Of a stretch of DNA of 64,000 nt, positions 33,988 through 42,675 are shown piece by piece. Below the pieces are notes generated by a model. That model was not told the origin of the DNA. It did no database searches and was given only the letters and a program-made list of their open reading frames with translations. This stretch comes from Candidatus Peribacteria bacterium RIFCSPHIGHO2_01_FULL_51_35. GTDB lineage: Bacteria > Patescibacteriota > Gracilibacteria > Peribacterales > Peribacteraceae. The translations under genes and the position numbers were made by a program. Every line of letters starts with the position of its first letter. The stretch's first letter is position 1. The stretch spans positions 56,339 to 120,338 of the forward strand of contig MFXP01000006.1 in NCBI GenBank assembly GCA_001787535.1. Direction: 5' to 3'.

Positions 33988-34614
33988 TCAAAAATACTCA
34001 AACACCTTCAGTGCCTCCTGTTCGCTCCGGCGCACTGCCAGCTCAAGTTTCGGCGTATATCGGCATTGTTCCCGCCAGGAATCCAAGGACGCAGCCTCAT
34101 TCTGTTTAGGTGTTCCACGGATGATGGATGCATCGAACATTTCGCCCGCTTCGGTGAGCGCTCGAATCAAATCTTCTGCCAATGTTTCCTGTTTCCCAAT
34201 GATGTGCACTCGATCATTGCCAAGATACGCCTGATACATGGATGTCACCCATCCCGGCTTTTCCGAAGTGACTGCCCGAACGAAGGATGAAAAATCTTCG
34301 TGCGCGAATGTTTGGTCGAAAATATCCCTGTGATTCCAACCCGTGCGCATTTTGAACGCCCAGTAGGATTGATAATACGAGAGCGGATGTCGCACGAACG
34401 CAAAGAACATTTTCCCCTTGATCGAATGATCATCCAGATCTTCCACGCGCGTGTGCTTGCAGCAGTGAGGATAGGCAGTCAATGTGCCCTCCGCATGTTG
34501 CCGATGCCGGAGCTCGGCCTTTGCAAGACCCGATCGCAGGAGAGCCTGTCGTACCCACATGCCTCCGGTTTTTGGAATATGTAGGAAGACCGAGTGTGGG
34601 AGCAGAAGAGCCAT
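33988..34614 (-). CDS. sulfotransferase family protein
   Basis: Start at ATG 34614. FLHIPKTGGMWV matches the PAPS 5'-phosphosulfate-binding loop (IPKTGG[TS]) of the Sulfotransfer_2-type families. Confidence 0.7.
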   Translation of the reverse strand: MALLLPHSVFLHIPKTGGMWVRQALLRSGLAKAELRHRQHAEGTLTAYPHCCKHTRVEDLDDHSIKGKMFFAFVRHPLSYYQSYWAFKMRTGWNHRDIFDQTFAHEDFSSFVRAVTSEKPGWVTSMYQAYLGNDRVHIIGKQETLAEDLIRALTEAGEMFDASIIRGTPKQNEAASLDSWREQCRYTPKLELAVRRSEQEALKVFEYF

Positions 34615-34667
34615 GCAGAGAAGGGACAAATAAAGTTCGTGGCTGTGGCATCAAGGATAAAATGTCC

Positions 34668-34742
34668 GGTAGGTACGGTAGGTCAGGTAGGTCAGGTAGG
34701 TTAAAACCTACCATACCTACCTGACGTACCATACCTACCTTA
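34668..34742. repeat. long hairpin with 9-nt periodic arms (GGTAGGTCA type)
   Basis: ggtaggtacggtaggtcaggtaggtcaggtaggtt - aaaa - cctaccatacctacctgacgtaccatacctacct. Confidence 0.8.
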
Positions 34743-34768
34743 CTTCCCCGCGTGCTATCATTATTGAC

Positions 34769-35116
34769 ATGAAGACAGGCGTGTTCATCGGACGCTTTCA
34801 ACCTTTTCATGCAGGACATAAAAAATGCGTGGAGAAAATCCTGCAAGAGAAAGATCATTGCGTGATCCTGCTGCGCGACACGGAGCAGACTGACATCAAC
34901 CCTTTTGATGTGGAAAAGCGCAAAGCACTCATCCGTGCAGCATTCCCCGATCCCGCCCGCGTCACCATTCTTTCCATCCACGATCCCGGTGCCGACCTCA
35001 CCGTCTTCATCGGTCGCGACGTGGGGTATGAACTCATTCAATTGGACACGGATACGGAAGCAATCTCCGCAACAGACATCCGCAAAAAACTCTACGCAGA
35101 AAAACGCACCGCATGA
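34769..35116 (+). CDS. small cytidylyltransferase-superfamily nucleotidyltransferase (NMNAT/NadM-like HxGH motif)
   Basis: 115 aa. GVFIGRFQPFHAGH signature. The stop overlaps the cysC start (ATGA). TATCAT lies 7 nt upstream of the ATG. Confidence 0.7.
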   Translation: MKTGVFIGRFQPFHAGHKKCVEKILQEKDHCVILLRDTEQTDINPFDVEKRKALIRAAFPDPARVTILSIHDPGADLTVFIGRDVGYELIQLDTDTEAISATDIRKKLYAEKRTA

Positions 35117-35646
35117 GCCATCGATTCCCTATTTTCTGGCTGACGGGGAACTCGGGTGCCGGGAAAACGACGCTCGCGGAAGATCTGGAACGACATTTTA
35201 ATGTAGAAATGGACACGCGATCTCCCGCTGCGCGCAGAGTGATTGTGCTGGATGGCAATGCCATGCGGGAAACGATTTCCACGGATGCATCCTTCACGCC
35301 CGAAGATCGCAGAAATCACAACCTGCGGGTGGCTCGCCTTGCAGCACATCTGCAGAGCCGAGGATTCCTCGTCATCGTGTCTGTGATCGCTCCATTCACA
35401 TCCGTTCGGTGTGAAATTGATGAGCTGTGCTCACCGATGTGGATCTACGTCAAACGATCGGGATTGGAAACGCGGGGGAAACCGTACGAAGAACCAGTGT
35501 CGCCGAATCTCACGATTGATCATAATGAATTGAATCCAGAAGAAGCACTGACACTCCTCCAAGCATTTGTCCTGGGAAGAATCACACCGATCAAAAGCGG
35601 TCGCCCTGACCGCAAATCGCGGGTCGAAGACCCGCTCTTCGCTTAA
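35113..35646 (+). CDS. cysC: adenylyl-sulfate (APS) kinase
   Basis: FWLTGNSGAGKTTLAEDL (P-loop), VLDGNAMRE, FTPEDRRNHNLRVARLA and VIVSVIAPF match CysC motifs. Confidence 0.85.
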   Translation: MSHRFPIFWLTGNSGAGKTTLAEDLERHFNVEMDTRSPAARRVIVLDGNAMRETISTDASFTPEDRRNHNLRVARLAAHLQSRGFLVIVSVIAPFTSVRCEIDELCSPMWIYVKRSGLETRGKPYEEPVSPNLTIDHNELNPEEALTLLQAFVLGRITPIKSGRPDRKSRVEDPLFA

Positions 35647-35652
35647 ACATCT

Positions 35653-38508
35653 ATGCATCTTTGCCGCTACAACCACAAATGGACAACTCCCTATCTTCCA
35701 ACATATGAACGGCAAGATCGATTCATCAATGAAGAACATGCACGCATCCCACAGATCGTTGCGGGAATAGAAGGATGGTTGAATCCGGAAGATGCATGGA
35801 AACTCTACGAAATGGCATATTTTGCAAACGGACCGATTCTGGAAATCGGAACGTATCGAGGCAAATCCACCACAGTCCTTGCACTCGGAATCCGAGCATC
35901 CGGTCGCAAGACACGATTGATCACCATTGATCGGGACAGTGCATCTGTCTCGGCAGCAGAGAATGCCGTGCGACTGTTTGCAGGAAATGTGGATCTCCAA
36001 GCAATCAAAGGAGAAAGCACGGACATTCTTCGATCACTCAATGAATATTTTACCTTTGTGTTTGTCGATGCAGATCACAGTGCGAACGGAGCGAGAGAAG
36101 ATCTGCAGGTAGTGGATCCCCTGCTCCTGCCCGGTGGCTTCCTTCTGCTGCATGATCTGTTTGATGAGAGGAACGAACGAGAAGAAATAAAGGAATACGG
36201 CGTTCCGGAAGGAGTGTTTGAAGCACTGGGCGAAGAGTATCTCTTCTATGGACGCTTCGGCTGCACGGGGCTCTTCCGCAAGAGAGAGAAAGAATCGATG
36301 GATGCCGCGGAAGCGACTGCACTTGCCCATGTGCAGAACATTCTTCGCAAGGAACAAGTGGCGCATGCGGCAACGCGAGAGAGATTGGATCGTCTACAAC
36401 GCTCCGGGAGCTACCGCATGACCGCTTTCCTTCGCAACCTGGGGTCCTTCACAGAAAAAGTAAACGATGTTCTTCGAAAACCTCGATCACTCCGTGGAGC
36501 GAACCGAATCACTGTCATCATTCCCATCTTGAATGCGTTTGATCACATGAAACGATGCATCGAAAGCGTCTTGCTGCATACCGATCCGGCGAATGCACGG
36601 ATCCTCTTGATGGACGATGGCAGCACGGACGAACGGATCCCCGCCTTTCTTGCAGAGATCGCGACATCACATCCCGATTTCGTGAGCGTGATGCGAAACG
36701 AAAAGAATCTCGGCTTCGTCCAAACTGCAAATAAGGGGATGAAACTCGCAGCACCGGATGACGTCGTGCTCCTGAATAGCGACACGATCGTGACGCAGGA
36801 TTGGCTCACGCTTCTCAGAGAAACCGTTGCAGAAAAGCGGCACGTTGGCAGTGTCATTCCCCTCTCCAACAATGCCAGCATGTATTCCGTGCTCCACGAC
36901 AGCATTTCCGAGCATCCGCGCGACATTGATCTGGCTGCTGCGTCCGTCCGAAAGCAGAGCGGACACTACAGACCGCGCATTCCCACAAGCGTCGGCTTCT
37001 GCATGCTCATCACGCGTGATGCGCTCGAGCACGTTGGTGATTTTGATACGGCGTTCGGCCGTGGCTACGGCGAAGAGAACGACTGGTGCATGCGTGCAAC
37101 GGAAAAAGGATTCGCACATTATCTGGATGATCGCTGCTTCGTCTTTCATGCCGGAGGAGTTTCGATGCGGGCAGTTGGTCATCTCCCCGAGGGAAAGATA
37201 TCGAATCCTGCAAACGAAGCCCTGCTCGAGCAGAAACATCCGTCGTTTCGAAAAAAAGCGGATGCGTTTGCCGAAAGCAAAGTTTTGAAAAGAATTCGCC
37301 AACGCGCACTGCGATCACGAACGAGCAATCTCACAAAACCGCGAACGAAGATCGGATTTTTGCTGCACCAGCACATCGATGCTCCGGATGCAGGGGGAAC
37401 GGAATGGCATGTGCATGACCTCGTGGAAGAACTCAGGCAAACAAATGAGTGCATCGTCCTGTTTCCGAAGAAAGATCGCTTCTTGGCGCTGCGCCACGTG
37501 AATGATCTGTGTATGCGCTACGAATTCCCGCTCCTTGGAAACGGCGAAGAACGTTTGTTGGAAGCGTTTCGTCGAGCACTCACGACACTGGAGATCGATC
37601 TTCTTCATGTACATCATCTGCTTGGAATGCATGCCGGACTTCTTTCCATCCCTCGCGAAGCAGACATTCCGTTCGTCGTCACCATTCACGATCAATTCCT
37701 CTTTTCCCCGACACCGCATCCTTCTGTTTTCACGGATGACCGTCGCAACGGCTTCGAGCGAACTGTTTTCGCAACCCTGCTTCGTCCTGCGGCACGCATC
37801 ATCGCACCGTCACGATCAGCCGCACAAAATTTTGAGCAGGCGTATCCGCAATTGAATGTTCCGATCGTGCGAATCGAGCATGGAATGCACTGCCATGACC
37901 GCACGTTCTCGTCCCCTCCTCTGCATCCAACGGTCTGCTTCCTCGGCGCAACGCATTTCCCGCGCAAAGGTCGTGATGTCATTGAAAAACTCGCGGAGGG
38001 ATTGCTCGCAGAACATATCCGGATCGTTTTTGCAGGATCGACTGCTGAGGATTGGCCGACGCTCAACAGCCGTCGCAACATCCGCTTCCTCGGTCGCTAC
38101 GATCGAGCTGATGCCGTCTCACTTCTGAAAAAAGCGAATCCGAGTGTCGTGTGCATCCTCTCCATGTTTGCGGAAAGTTTCTGCTTCACGGCGTTGGAAG
38201 CACTGTGCGCAGGACTGCCGCTCTATGTCACACCGGCGGGTGCATTGCCCGAAATGATCGAACGGTCGAAGGCGGGGCGCGTGGCGACGGGGTTCGATCC
38301 CGCGATCATTCTGCCCGATCTTCTTTCGTACGTGCTATCGGATGCATGCAAGGAAGATCGCTTGAGAGCAATGATGTTCACCGTTCGATCTCGCAAGGAA
38401 ATGGCGGACGGCTACGGGGCGTTGTACGCAGAAGTTCTTGCCGAATCCGCGCATACGGCTGTCCCGAGCGAAAAAAATCCACGGGAAATTGCCCTGCAAA
38501 AAGCGTAA
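35653..38508 (+). CDS. three-domain fusion: class I SAM methyltransferase + GT2 glycosyltransferase + GT4 glycosyltransferase
   Basis: LEIGTYRGKSTTVLA...VFVDADHS (Methyltransf_24-like). ITVIIPILNAFDHMKRCIESV...LLMDDGSTD...LLNSDT (GT2). The C-terminal GT-B half carries ESFCFTALEALCAGLPLYV (E-x7-E). Confidence 0.8.
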   Translation: MHLCRYNHKWTTPYLPTYERQDRFINEEHARIPQIVAGIEGWLNPEDAWKLYEMAYFANGPILEIGTYRGKSTTVLALGIRASGRKTRLITIDRDSASVSAAENAVRLFAGNVDLQAIKGESTDILRSLNEYFTFVFVDADHSANGAREDLQVVDPLLLPGGFLLLHDLFDERNEREEIKEYGVPEGVFEALGEEYLFYGRFGCTGLFRKREKESMDAAEATALAHVQNILRKEQVAHAATRERLDRLQRSGSYRMTAFLRNLGSFTEKVNDVLRKPRSLRGANRITVIIPILNAFDHMKRCIESVLLHTDPANARILLMDDGSTDERIPAFLAEIATSHPDFVSVMRNEKNLGFVQTANKGMKLAAPDDVVLLNSDTIVTQDWLTLLRETVAEKRHVGSVIPLSNNASMYSVLHDSISEHPRDIDLAAASVRKQSGHYRPRIPTSVGFCMLITRDALEHVGDFDTAFGRGYGEENDWCMRATEKGFAHYLDDRCFVFHAGGVSMRAVGHLPEGKISNPANEALLEQKHPSFRKKADAFAESKVLKRIRQRALRSRTSNLTKPRTKIGFLLHQHIDAPDAGGTEWHVHDLVEELRQTNECIVLFPKKDRFLALRHVNDLCMRYEFPLLGNGEERLLEAFRRALTTLEIDLLHVHHLLGMHAGLLSIPREADIPFVVTIHDQFLFSPTPHPSVFTDDRRNGFERTVFATLLRPAARIIAPSRSAAQNFEQAYPQLNVPIVRIEHGMHCHDRTFSSPPLHPTVCFLGATHFPRKGRDVIEKLAEGLLAEHIRIVFAGSTAEDWPTLNSRRNIRFLGRYDRADAVSLLKKANPSVVCILSMFAESFCFTALEALCAGLPLYVTPAGALPEMIERSKAGRVATGFDPAIILPDLLSYVLSDACKEDRLRAMMFTVRSRKEMADGYGALYAEVLAESAHTAVPSEKNPREIALQKA

Positions 38509-38583
38509 GGGCGCTGAGAATGCAGCCCACAGGTGACTTTTGCACAATGTACGGTTATACTCGGCACTCTTTCCTTTGTCTCC

Positions 38584-39069
38584 ATGCGCACAACGCTTTC
38601 TCTGCTCTCGATAAGCACTCTTCTTCTCTCCTCCCTCCCTGCTCTTGCAGAAGAAACACCGGGATTTACGGACACGGTCGTTCCGGAACCGGCTCCAAAA
38701 GAAAAAACCATGCGAGAGCTCTGCTATGAGGAATTAAATGCAACGGAAGGACTGAAAATGCAACCTGCCATTCTCACGCTGATGCAACGATGCATCAATC
38801 GCCGAAACCAGGAATTGGAAAACCAAAAGAAGGCGGACGCCGCTGCTTCCAGGAGAGCGCTCGTGGGTTCAGGACAAAAGAAAGTGATGGAGCGCCGCAT
38901 CGCGGGATCGAAACGCGTGGTGAAAGCCCAGGCTCTGCTGCGCCAAAAGAATGATGCGCTCAAGAAACTCAAAAAAATTGCGTCTCGCTACCGTATGCGA
39001 AACCGCATCATTGAACCCGCAAAAAGCGGCAGCGGTTCCACACAGTCCGGCGGCAGCCTGAATCCGTAA
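38584..39069 (+). CDS. secreted hypothetical protein, Lys/Arg-rich
   Basis: MRTTLSLLSISTLLLSSLPALA-EE signal peptide. No motif. Confidence 0.5.
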   Translation: MRTTLSLLSISTLLLSSLPALAEETPGFTDTVVPEPAPKEKTMRELCYEELNATEGLKMQPAILTLMQRCINRRNQELENQKKADAAASRRALVGSGQKKVMERRIAGSKRVVKAQALLRQKNDALKKLKKIASRYRMRNRIIEPAKSGSGSTQSGGSLNP

Positions 39070-39076
39070 CTTTCCC

Positions 39077-39601
39077 ATGCGCACCGTTATTCTCACTGAT
39101 GAACGGGGATCTCCCATCGGGCAAGAGGAGATTGTCAAAGCGCATACGGGGGATGGCATGCTGCATAAAGCATTCTCCGTGTATGTCTTTCGCAATGCGC
39201 GCAAACAAATCTTGATCCAACGCAGGAGCACGAAAAAAATGCTCTGGCCGCACATTTGGGCGAACACTGCCTGCAGCCATCCCTTTGAGAATGAGTCGCC
39301 TATCGAAGCAGGCACGCGACGGCTGAAACAAGAAATGGGGATCACCTGCAGCCTGAAAGAAGCCGGTGACCTTGTGTACCGGGCGGAGGACCCGGAGGGA
39401 AGAGGTGTGGAACACGAACATGTCACATTGCTCGTGGGCGATGTGGATGAAACGATAGAAGTGTATTCCGACGTGGATGAAGTGGAAGAGTGGGAGTGGG
39501 TGGATGTCGAGGAACTGCAGCGCAACATGAAAGAGAACCCCGATCTGTACGCGCCTTGGTTTCACCTCGGGCTCCCGATAGTCCTTAAAAAAGCCGCATG
39601 A
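39077..39601 (+). CDS. idi: isopentenyl-diphosphate delta-isomerase, type 1 (Nudix)
   Basis: HKAFSVYVF......LIQRRS..K..WP..WANTACSHP..NES...A..RRL.QEMGI...EHE fits the IDI-1 pattern. Confidence 0.85.
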   Translation: MRTVILTDERGSPIGQEEIVKAHTGDGMLHKAFSVYVFRNARKQILIQRRSTKKMLWPHIWANTACSHPFENESPIEAGTRRLKQEMGITCSLKEAGDLVYRAEDPEGRGVEHEHVTLLVGDVDETIEVYSDVDEVEEWEWVDVEELQRNMKENPDLYAPWFHLGLPIVLKKAA

Positions 39602-40272
39602 AACATGCTCCTCTTCATCTCGCGATCATTCCGGACGGAAACCGGCGCTGGGCGAAAGCCAAAGGATTGATGCCCTGGAACGGACACGAGAAGGCAGTGG
39701 AGAATTTCCGAACGATCAGCGATTGGTGCCGACAGCACCCGAGAATCGGGATTCTGACCGTGTGGTGCTTCTCCACAGAGAACTGGAAGCGTGATCCGTT
39801 GGAAGTCCGTGCGCTCATGAAGTTGCTGGAAGATTTTTTGAAGAAGGAACAAAATGAATTGATGGAAAAGAAGACACGATTCGTTCATTCGGGACGAAAA
39901 GATCGCATTCCAAAGAGTTTGGCCAAGTTGATGGCGGACACGGAAGAAGAAACGAAGAACAATACGGACTTCACGTTGCATCTTGCCATCGACTACGGCG
40001 GAAAAGATGAAGTGGTGCGTGCAATCAAGAAGATGGAATCGAAGGATGCCACCGAAGAAGATCTGCGCGCGCATCTGGATCACCCGGAATTGCAAGACAT
40101 CGACATTATTCTTCGTTCGTCGGGCGAGTACCGCACCAGCAACTTTTTCCTGTGGCAGTCTGCGTACGCAGAATGGATCTTCAGCAAAAAATTATTCCCG
40201 GACATCGGTACGGAAGACTTGGAAGCGGCAATCCTGGAATTTGATGAGCGCAAGCGGCGTTTCGGATCATGA
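39598..40272 (+). CDS. uppS: cis-prenyltransferase (undecaprenyl diphosphate synthase family)
   Basis: HLAIIPDGNRRWAK...G...V.....W.......LTVWCFSTENWKR, RSSGEYRTSNFFLWQSAYAE. Confidence 0.9.
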   Translation: MKHAPLHLAIIPDGNRRWAKAKGLMPWNGHEKAVENFRTISDWCRQHPRIGILTVWCFSTENWKRDPLEVRALMKLLEDFLKKEQNELMEKKTRFVHSGRKDRIPKSLAKLMADTEEETKNNTDFTLHLAIDYGGKDEVVRAIKKMESKDATEEDLRAHLDHPELQDIDIILRSSGEYRTSNFFLWQSAYAEWIFSKKLFPDIGTEDLEAAILEFDERKRRFGS

Positions 40273-41105
40273 AAAAGAGTGGTTCTGTTTGCGGCAAGAT
40301 TATCCTATCCGGTGAATATGCCGTTGTCTTCGGCTATCCCGGCATCGCGACGCCTGTGAGCCTGACCATCGACGCAGAGTGGGAAGCAAAAACCTCCGGA
40401 GGGATGGAAATCCTGCTCGATGAACGCTCGGAAAGAGATGGCGCGAGAAAATACATTGAAAAAATTCTCGCTTGCCTCGGTAAACATCAGGGAATGCTGA
40501 ACATCCGGAGCACGATCCCCATTGGACGCGGGATGGGCTCCTCCACTGCGCTCGTCATTGCAATCACGCGCGCAATTCTGGGAAAAGATTCCAAGTCCGA
40601 GGCTATGAAGATCGAAGACACCATGAATCCCGGTCACAGCGGACTGGATTTCGCGGTAATTTGGGATCAAAAACCCGTTCTTTTTCGAAAAGGATTTCCT
40701 TCGGACCACATTCAGATTCCAAAAGATATTTTGAACGGCGCTTTTTTGATTGATACCGGAAAACCGAATGAGACAACGCCAGAACTTGTGGCATGGGTGA
40801 AGTCGCGGGCGGAAGAATTGAGTGAACCGCTCAAAACAATCGGCCAATGCACAGAAAAATTGATCCAAGGCGGAGATTTTCCTTCGATTGTCCACGATCA
40901 TCATCGAGCGCAGATGAAACTCGGAGTGGTTCCGGAAAACGCCACACGATTGATCCATGAAATTGAGAAAAATGACGGATCAGCAAAAGTTCTGGGTGCC
41001 GGCGGGCGCACGGCTGGAGGTGGAATGGTGCTAATTCTGGGAATCAACGCCGATGCACTGGAGAAAATCGCCGCAAAGCATAGAATGCCCTTCTTTCCGC
41101 TCTGA
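40269..41105 (+). CDS. mvk: mevalonate kinase (GHMP family, compact 278 aa)
   Basis: GKIILSGEYAVVFGYPGIA (motif I) and IPIGRGMGSSTALVIAI (GHMP motif II). ATGA overlap with uppS. Confidence 0.8.
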   Translation: MKKSGSVCGKIILSGEYAVVFGYPGIATPVSLTIDAEWEAKTSGGMEILLDERSERDGARKYIEKILACLGKHQGMLNIRSTIPIGRGMGSSTALVIAITRAILGKDSKSEAMKIEDTMNPGHSGLDFAVIWDQKPVLFRKGFPSDHIQIPKDILNGAFLIDTGKPNETTPELVAWVKSRAEELSEPLKTIGQCTEKLIQGGDFPSIVHDHHRAQMKLGVVPENATRLIHEIEKNDGSAKVLGAGGRTAGGGMVLILGINADALEKIAAKHRMPFFPL

Positions 41106-41109
41106 TTCC

Positions 41110-42117
41110 ATGTCCGTCACAGCCGTTTCCACGCCGAACATTGCCCTGATTAAGTACTGGGGCAACCGTAATAATGACCTGCGTTTGCCGATGGCGGACT
41201 CTCTTTCGATCACACTGAATCAACCGACGGTACAGATCATTGTCGACCGCGCCGAGCGCTTCACCGCACGGACGTTTGAACCCGATGGCACCGAGCGCAC
41301 ACTTACCGAGAAAGAACGAGCACGATTGGAGAAACATTTCACGCTCACGAAAACATATTTGGATGTCCTCGGACTCGCAAAAGCATTTCCAGGCTCCGTC
41401 TCCTTGGAAATCAGATCAAAAATTCCGCGAGCCATTGGCATCGCATCCTCCGCGGCGATTTTCAGCTGCCTTGCGAAAGCCTATGCAGGCCTTGTGGGAG
41501 AGAATCGATCATTCACGATGCAGGAAAAAAGCGTGATCGGCAGGCTGGGCTCCGGTTCCGCTGCACGCAGCCTAGCAGGAGGTTTTGTTGCGTTGCATGC
41601 AGGCACGGGAAATGACATCGACAGTGCTGCTGCAGAGCAGATAGCCGATGAAAACCACTGGAATCTGTTCGACGTGATCATTATCCCAAGTGCGGAAGAG
41701 AAAAAAGTTGGCTCCACCGAAGGTCACACGCTGGCACACACCAGTCCCCTCTTTTCAAAACGCATTGATACGATCCCGCGTCGCCAGCAGGAGTGTATTG
41801 ATGCCATTCTAAAGAAAGATTTTGAAAAACTGCAGCATGTGACGGAAGAAGATGCGCTGGATATGCACAACGTCATGCAGACGCAGACGCCACCGCTCAA
41901 ATACCTGAGCAATGAAACATATCGCATGATGGAAGAAGTGGAAGAACTGCGGGACACGGAACACTTGGAAGTTCTGTATACGATGGATGCCGGTCCCACT
42001 GTGCATTTGATTTGCACGGAGGCAGCTCTGCCAAAGATTCGGGCATACGCCAAGGAACAGAAAGGATGCACGCTATTTGAAGCGGGAGTAGGAAATGGAA
42101 GCCATCTCCTGGATTGA
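41110..42117 (+). CDS. mvaD: mevalonate (di)phosphate decarboxylase family (MvaD-like)
   Basis: Start reassigned to MSVTAVSTPNIALIKYWGNRNN. SSAAIFSCLA, GSGSAARS and YTMDAGPTVHL are typical motifs. Confidence 0.85.
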   Translation: MSVTAVSTPNIALIKYWGNRNNDLRLPMADSLSITLNQPTVQIIVDRAERFTARTFEPDGTERTLTEKERARLEKHFTLTKTYLDVLGLAKAFPGSVSLEIRSKIPRAIGIASSAAIFSCLAKAYAGLVGENRSFTMQEKSVIGRLGSGSAARSLAGGFVALHAGTGNDIDSAAAEQIADENHWNLFDVIIIPSAEEKKVGSTEGHTLAHTSPLFSKRIDTIPRRQQECIDAILKKDFEKLQHVTEEDALDMHNVMQTQTPPLKYLSNETYRMMEEVEELRDTEHLEVLYTMDAGPTVHLICTEAALPKIRAYAKEQKGCTLFEAGVGNGSHLLD

Positions 42118-42144
42118 ACGAAATTTTTGTTTGTTTATTTTCAA

Positions 42145-42178
42145 CCCTCTCCCTGCCCCTCTCCCTGAAGGGAGAGGG
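42145..42178. repeat. CCCTCTCCCT-type palindromic repeat, left flank of DUF559 cassette
   Basis: ccctctccctgcccctctccctgaagggagaggg resembles the reverse complement of 42615-42648. Confidence 0.75.
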
Positions 42179-42185
42179 AACGTCA

Positions 42186-42548
42186 TTACACTATTTTCTT
42201 AGAACATACTGAAAGAATTTTCTCGAGCACATCTGATGAATATTTCACTTGATCGTTTGTGAATCTTAGAATGGTAAAACCCAAGCCTTCCAGTTTTTGA
42301 TCACGAACCCAATCTGATTGGATGTTTGTTTTTCTTGTATGACCGCTGCCATCTATTTCCACGATGACCTTCTTCTCGAGACATGCAAAATCAACAACAT
42401 AGGAACCAATGGGAACTTGCCGCCGGAATTTCAACCCATGAAATCTTTTTGCCCGTAAATCATGCCATAAGATCTTTTCGCTCGGAGTCATCATTCTTCG
42501 AAGATATCGAGCTTTTCCTTTCGAACCCCACAGGTCAGAAATACGCAT
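42186..42548 (-). CDS. DUF559 endonuclease-domain protein (Vsr-like fold family)
   Basis: MTPSEKILWHDLRAKRFHGLKFRRQVPIGSYVVDFACLEKKVIVEIDGSGH...DQKLEGLGFTILRF matches the DUF559 signature. Confidence 0.85.
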   Translation of the reverse strand: MRISDLWGSKGKARYLRRMMTPSEKILWHDLRAKRFHGLKFRRQVPIGSYVVDFACLEKKVIVEIDGSGHTRKTNIQSDWVRDQKLEGLGFTILRFTNDQVKYSSDVLEKILSVCSKKIV

Positions 42549-42614
42549 AGAAAGAAATTGTAAGGAATACTCCTATCATCTGTCGAATGTCTTAAAGCAA
42601 GGAACAATGGCGTT

Positions 42615-42648
42615 CCCTCCCCCTGTAGGGGGAGGGACAGGGAGGGGG
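42615..42648. repeat. CCCTCCCCCT-type palindromic repeat, right flank of DUF559 cassette
   Basis: ccctccccctgtagggggagggacagggaggggg. Confidence 0.75.
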
Positions 42649-42675
42649 TTAAAAAGTCCGCTATACTTCCTGCCC

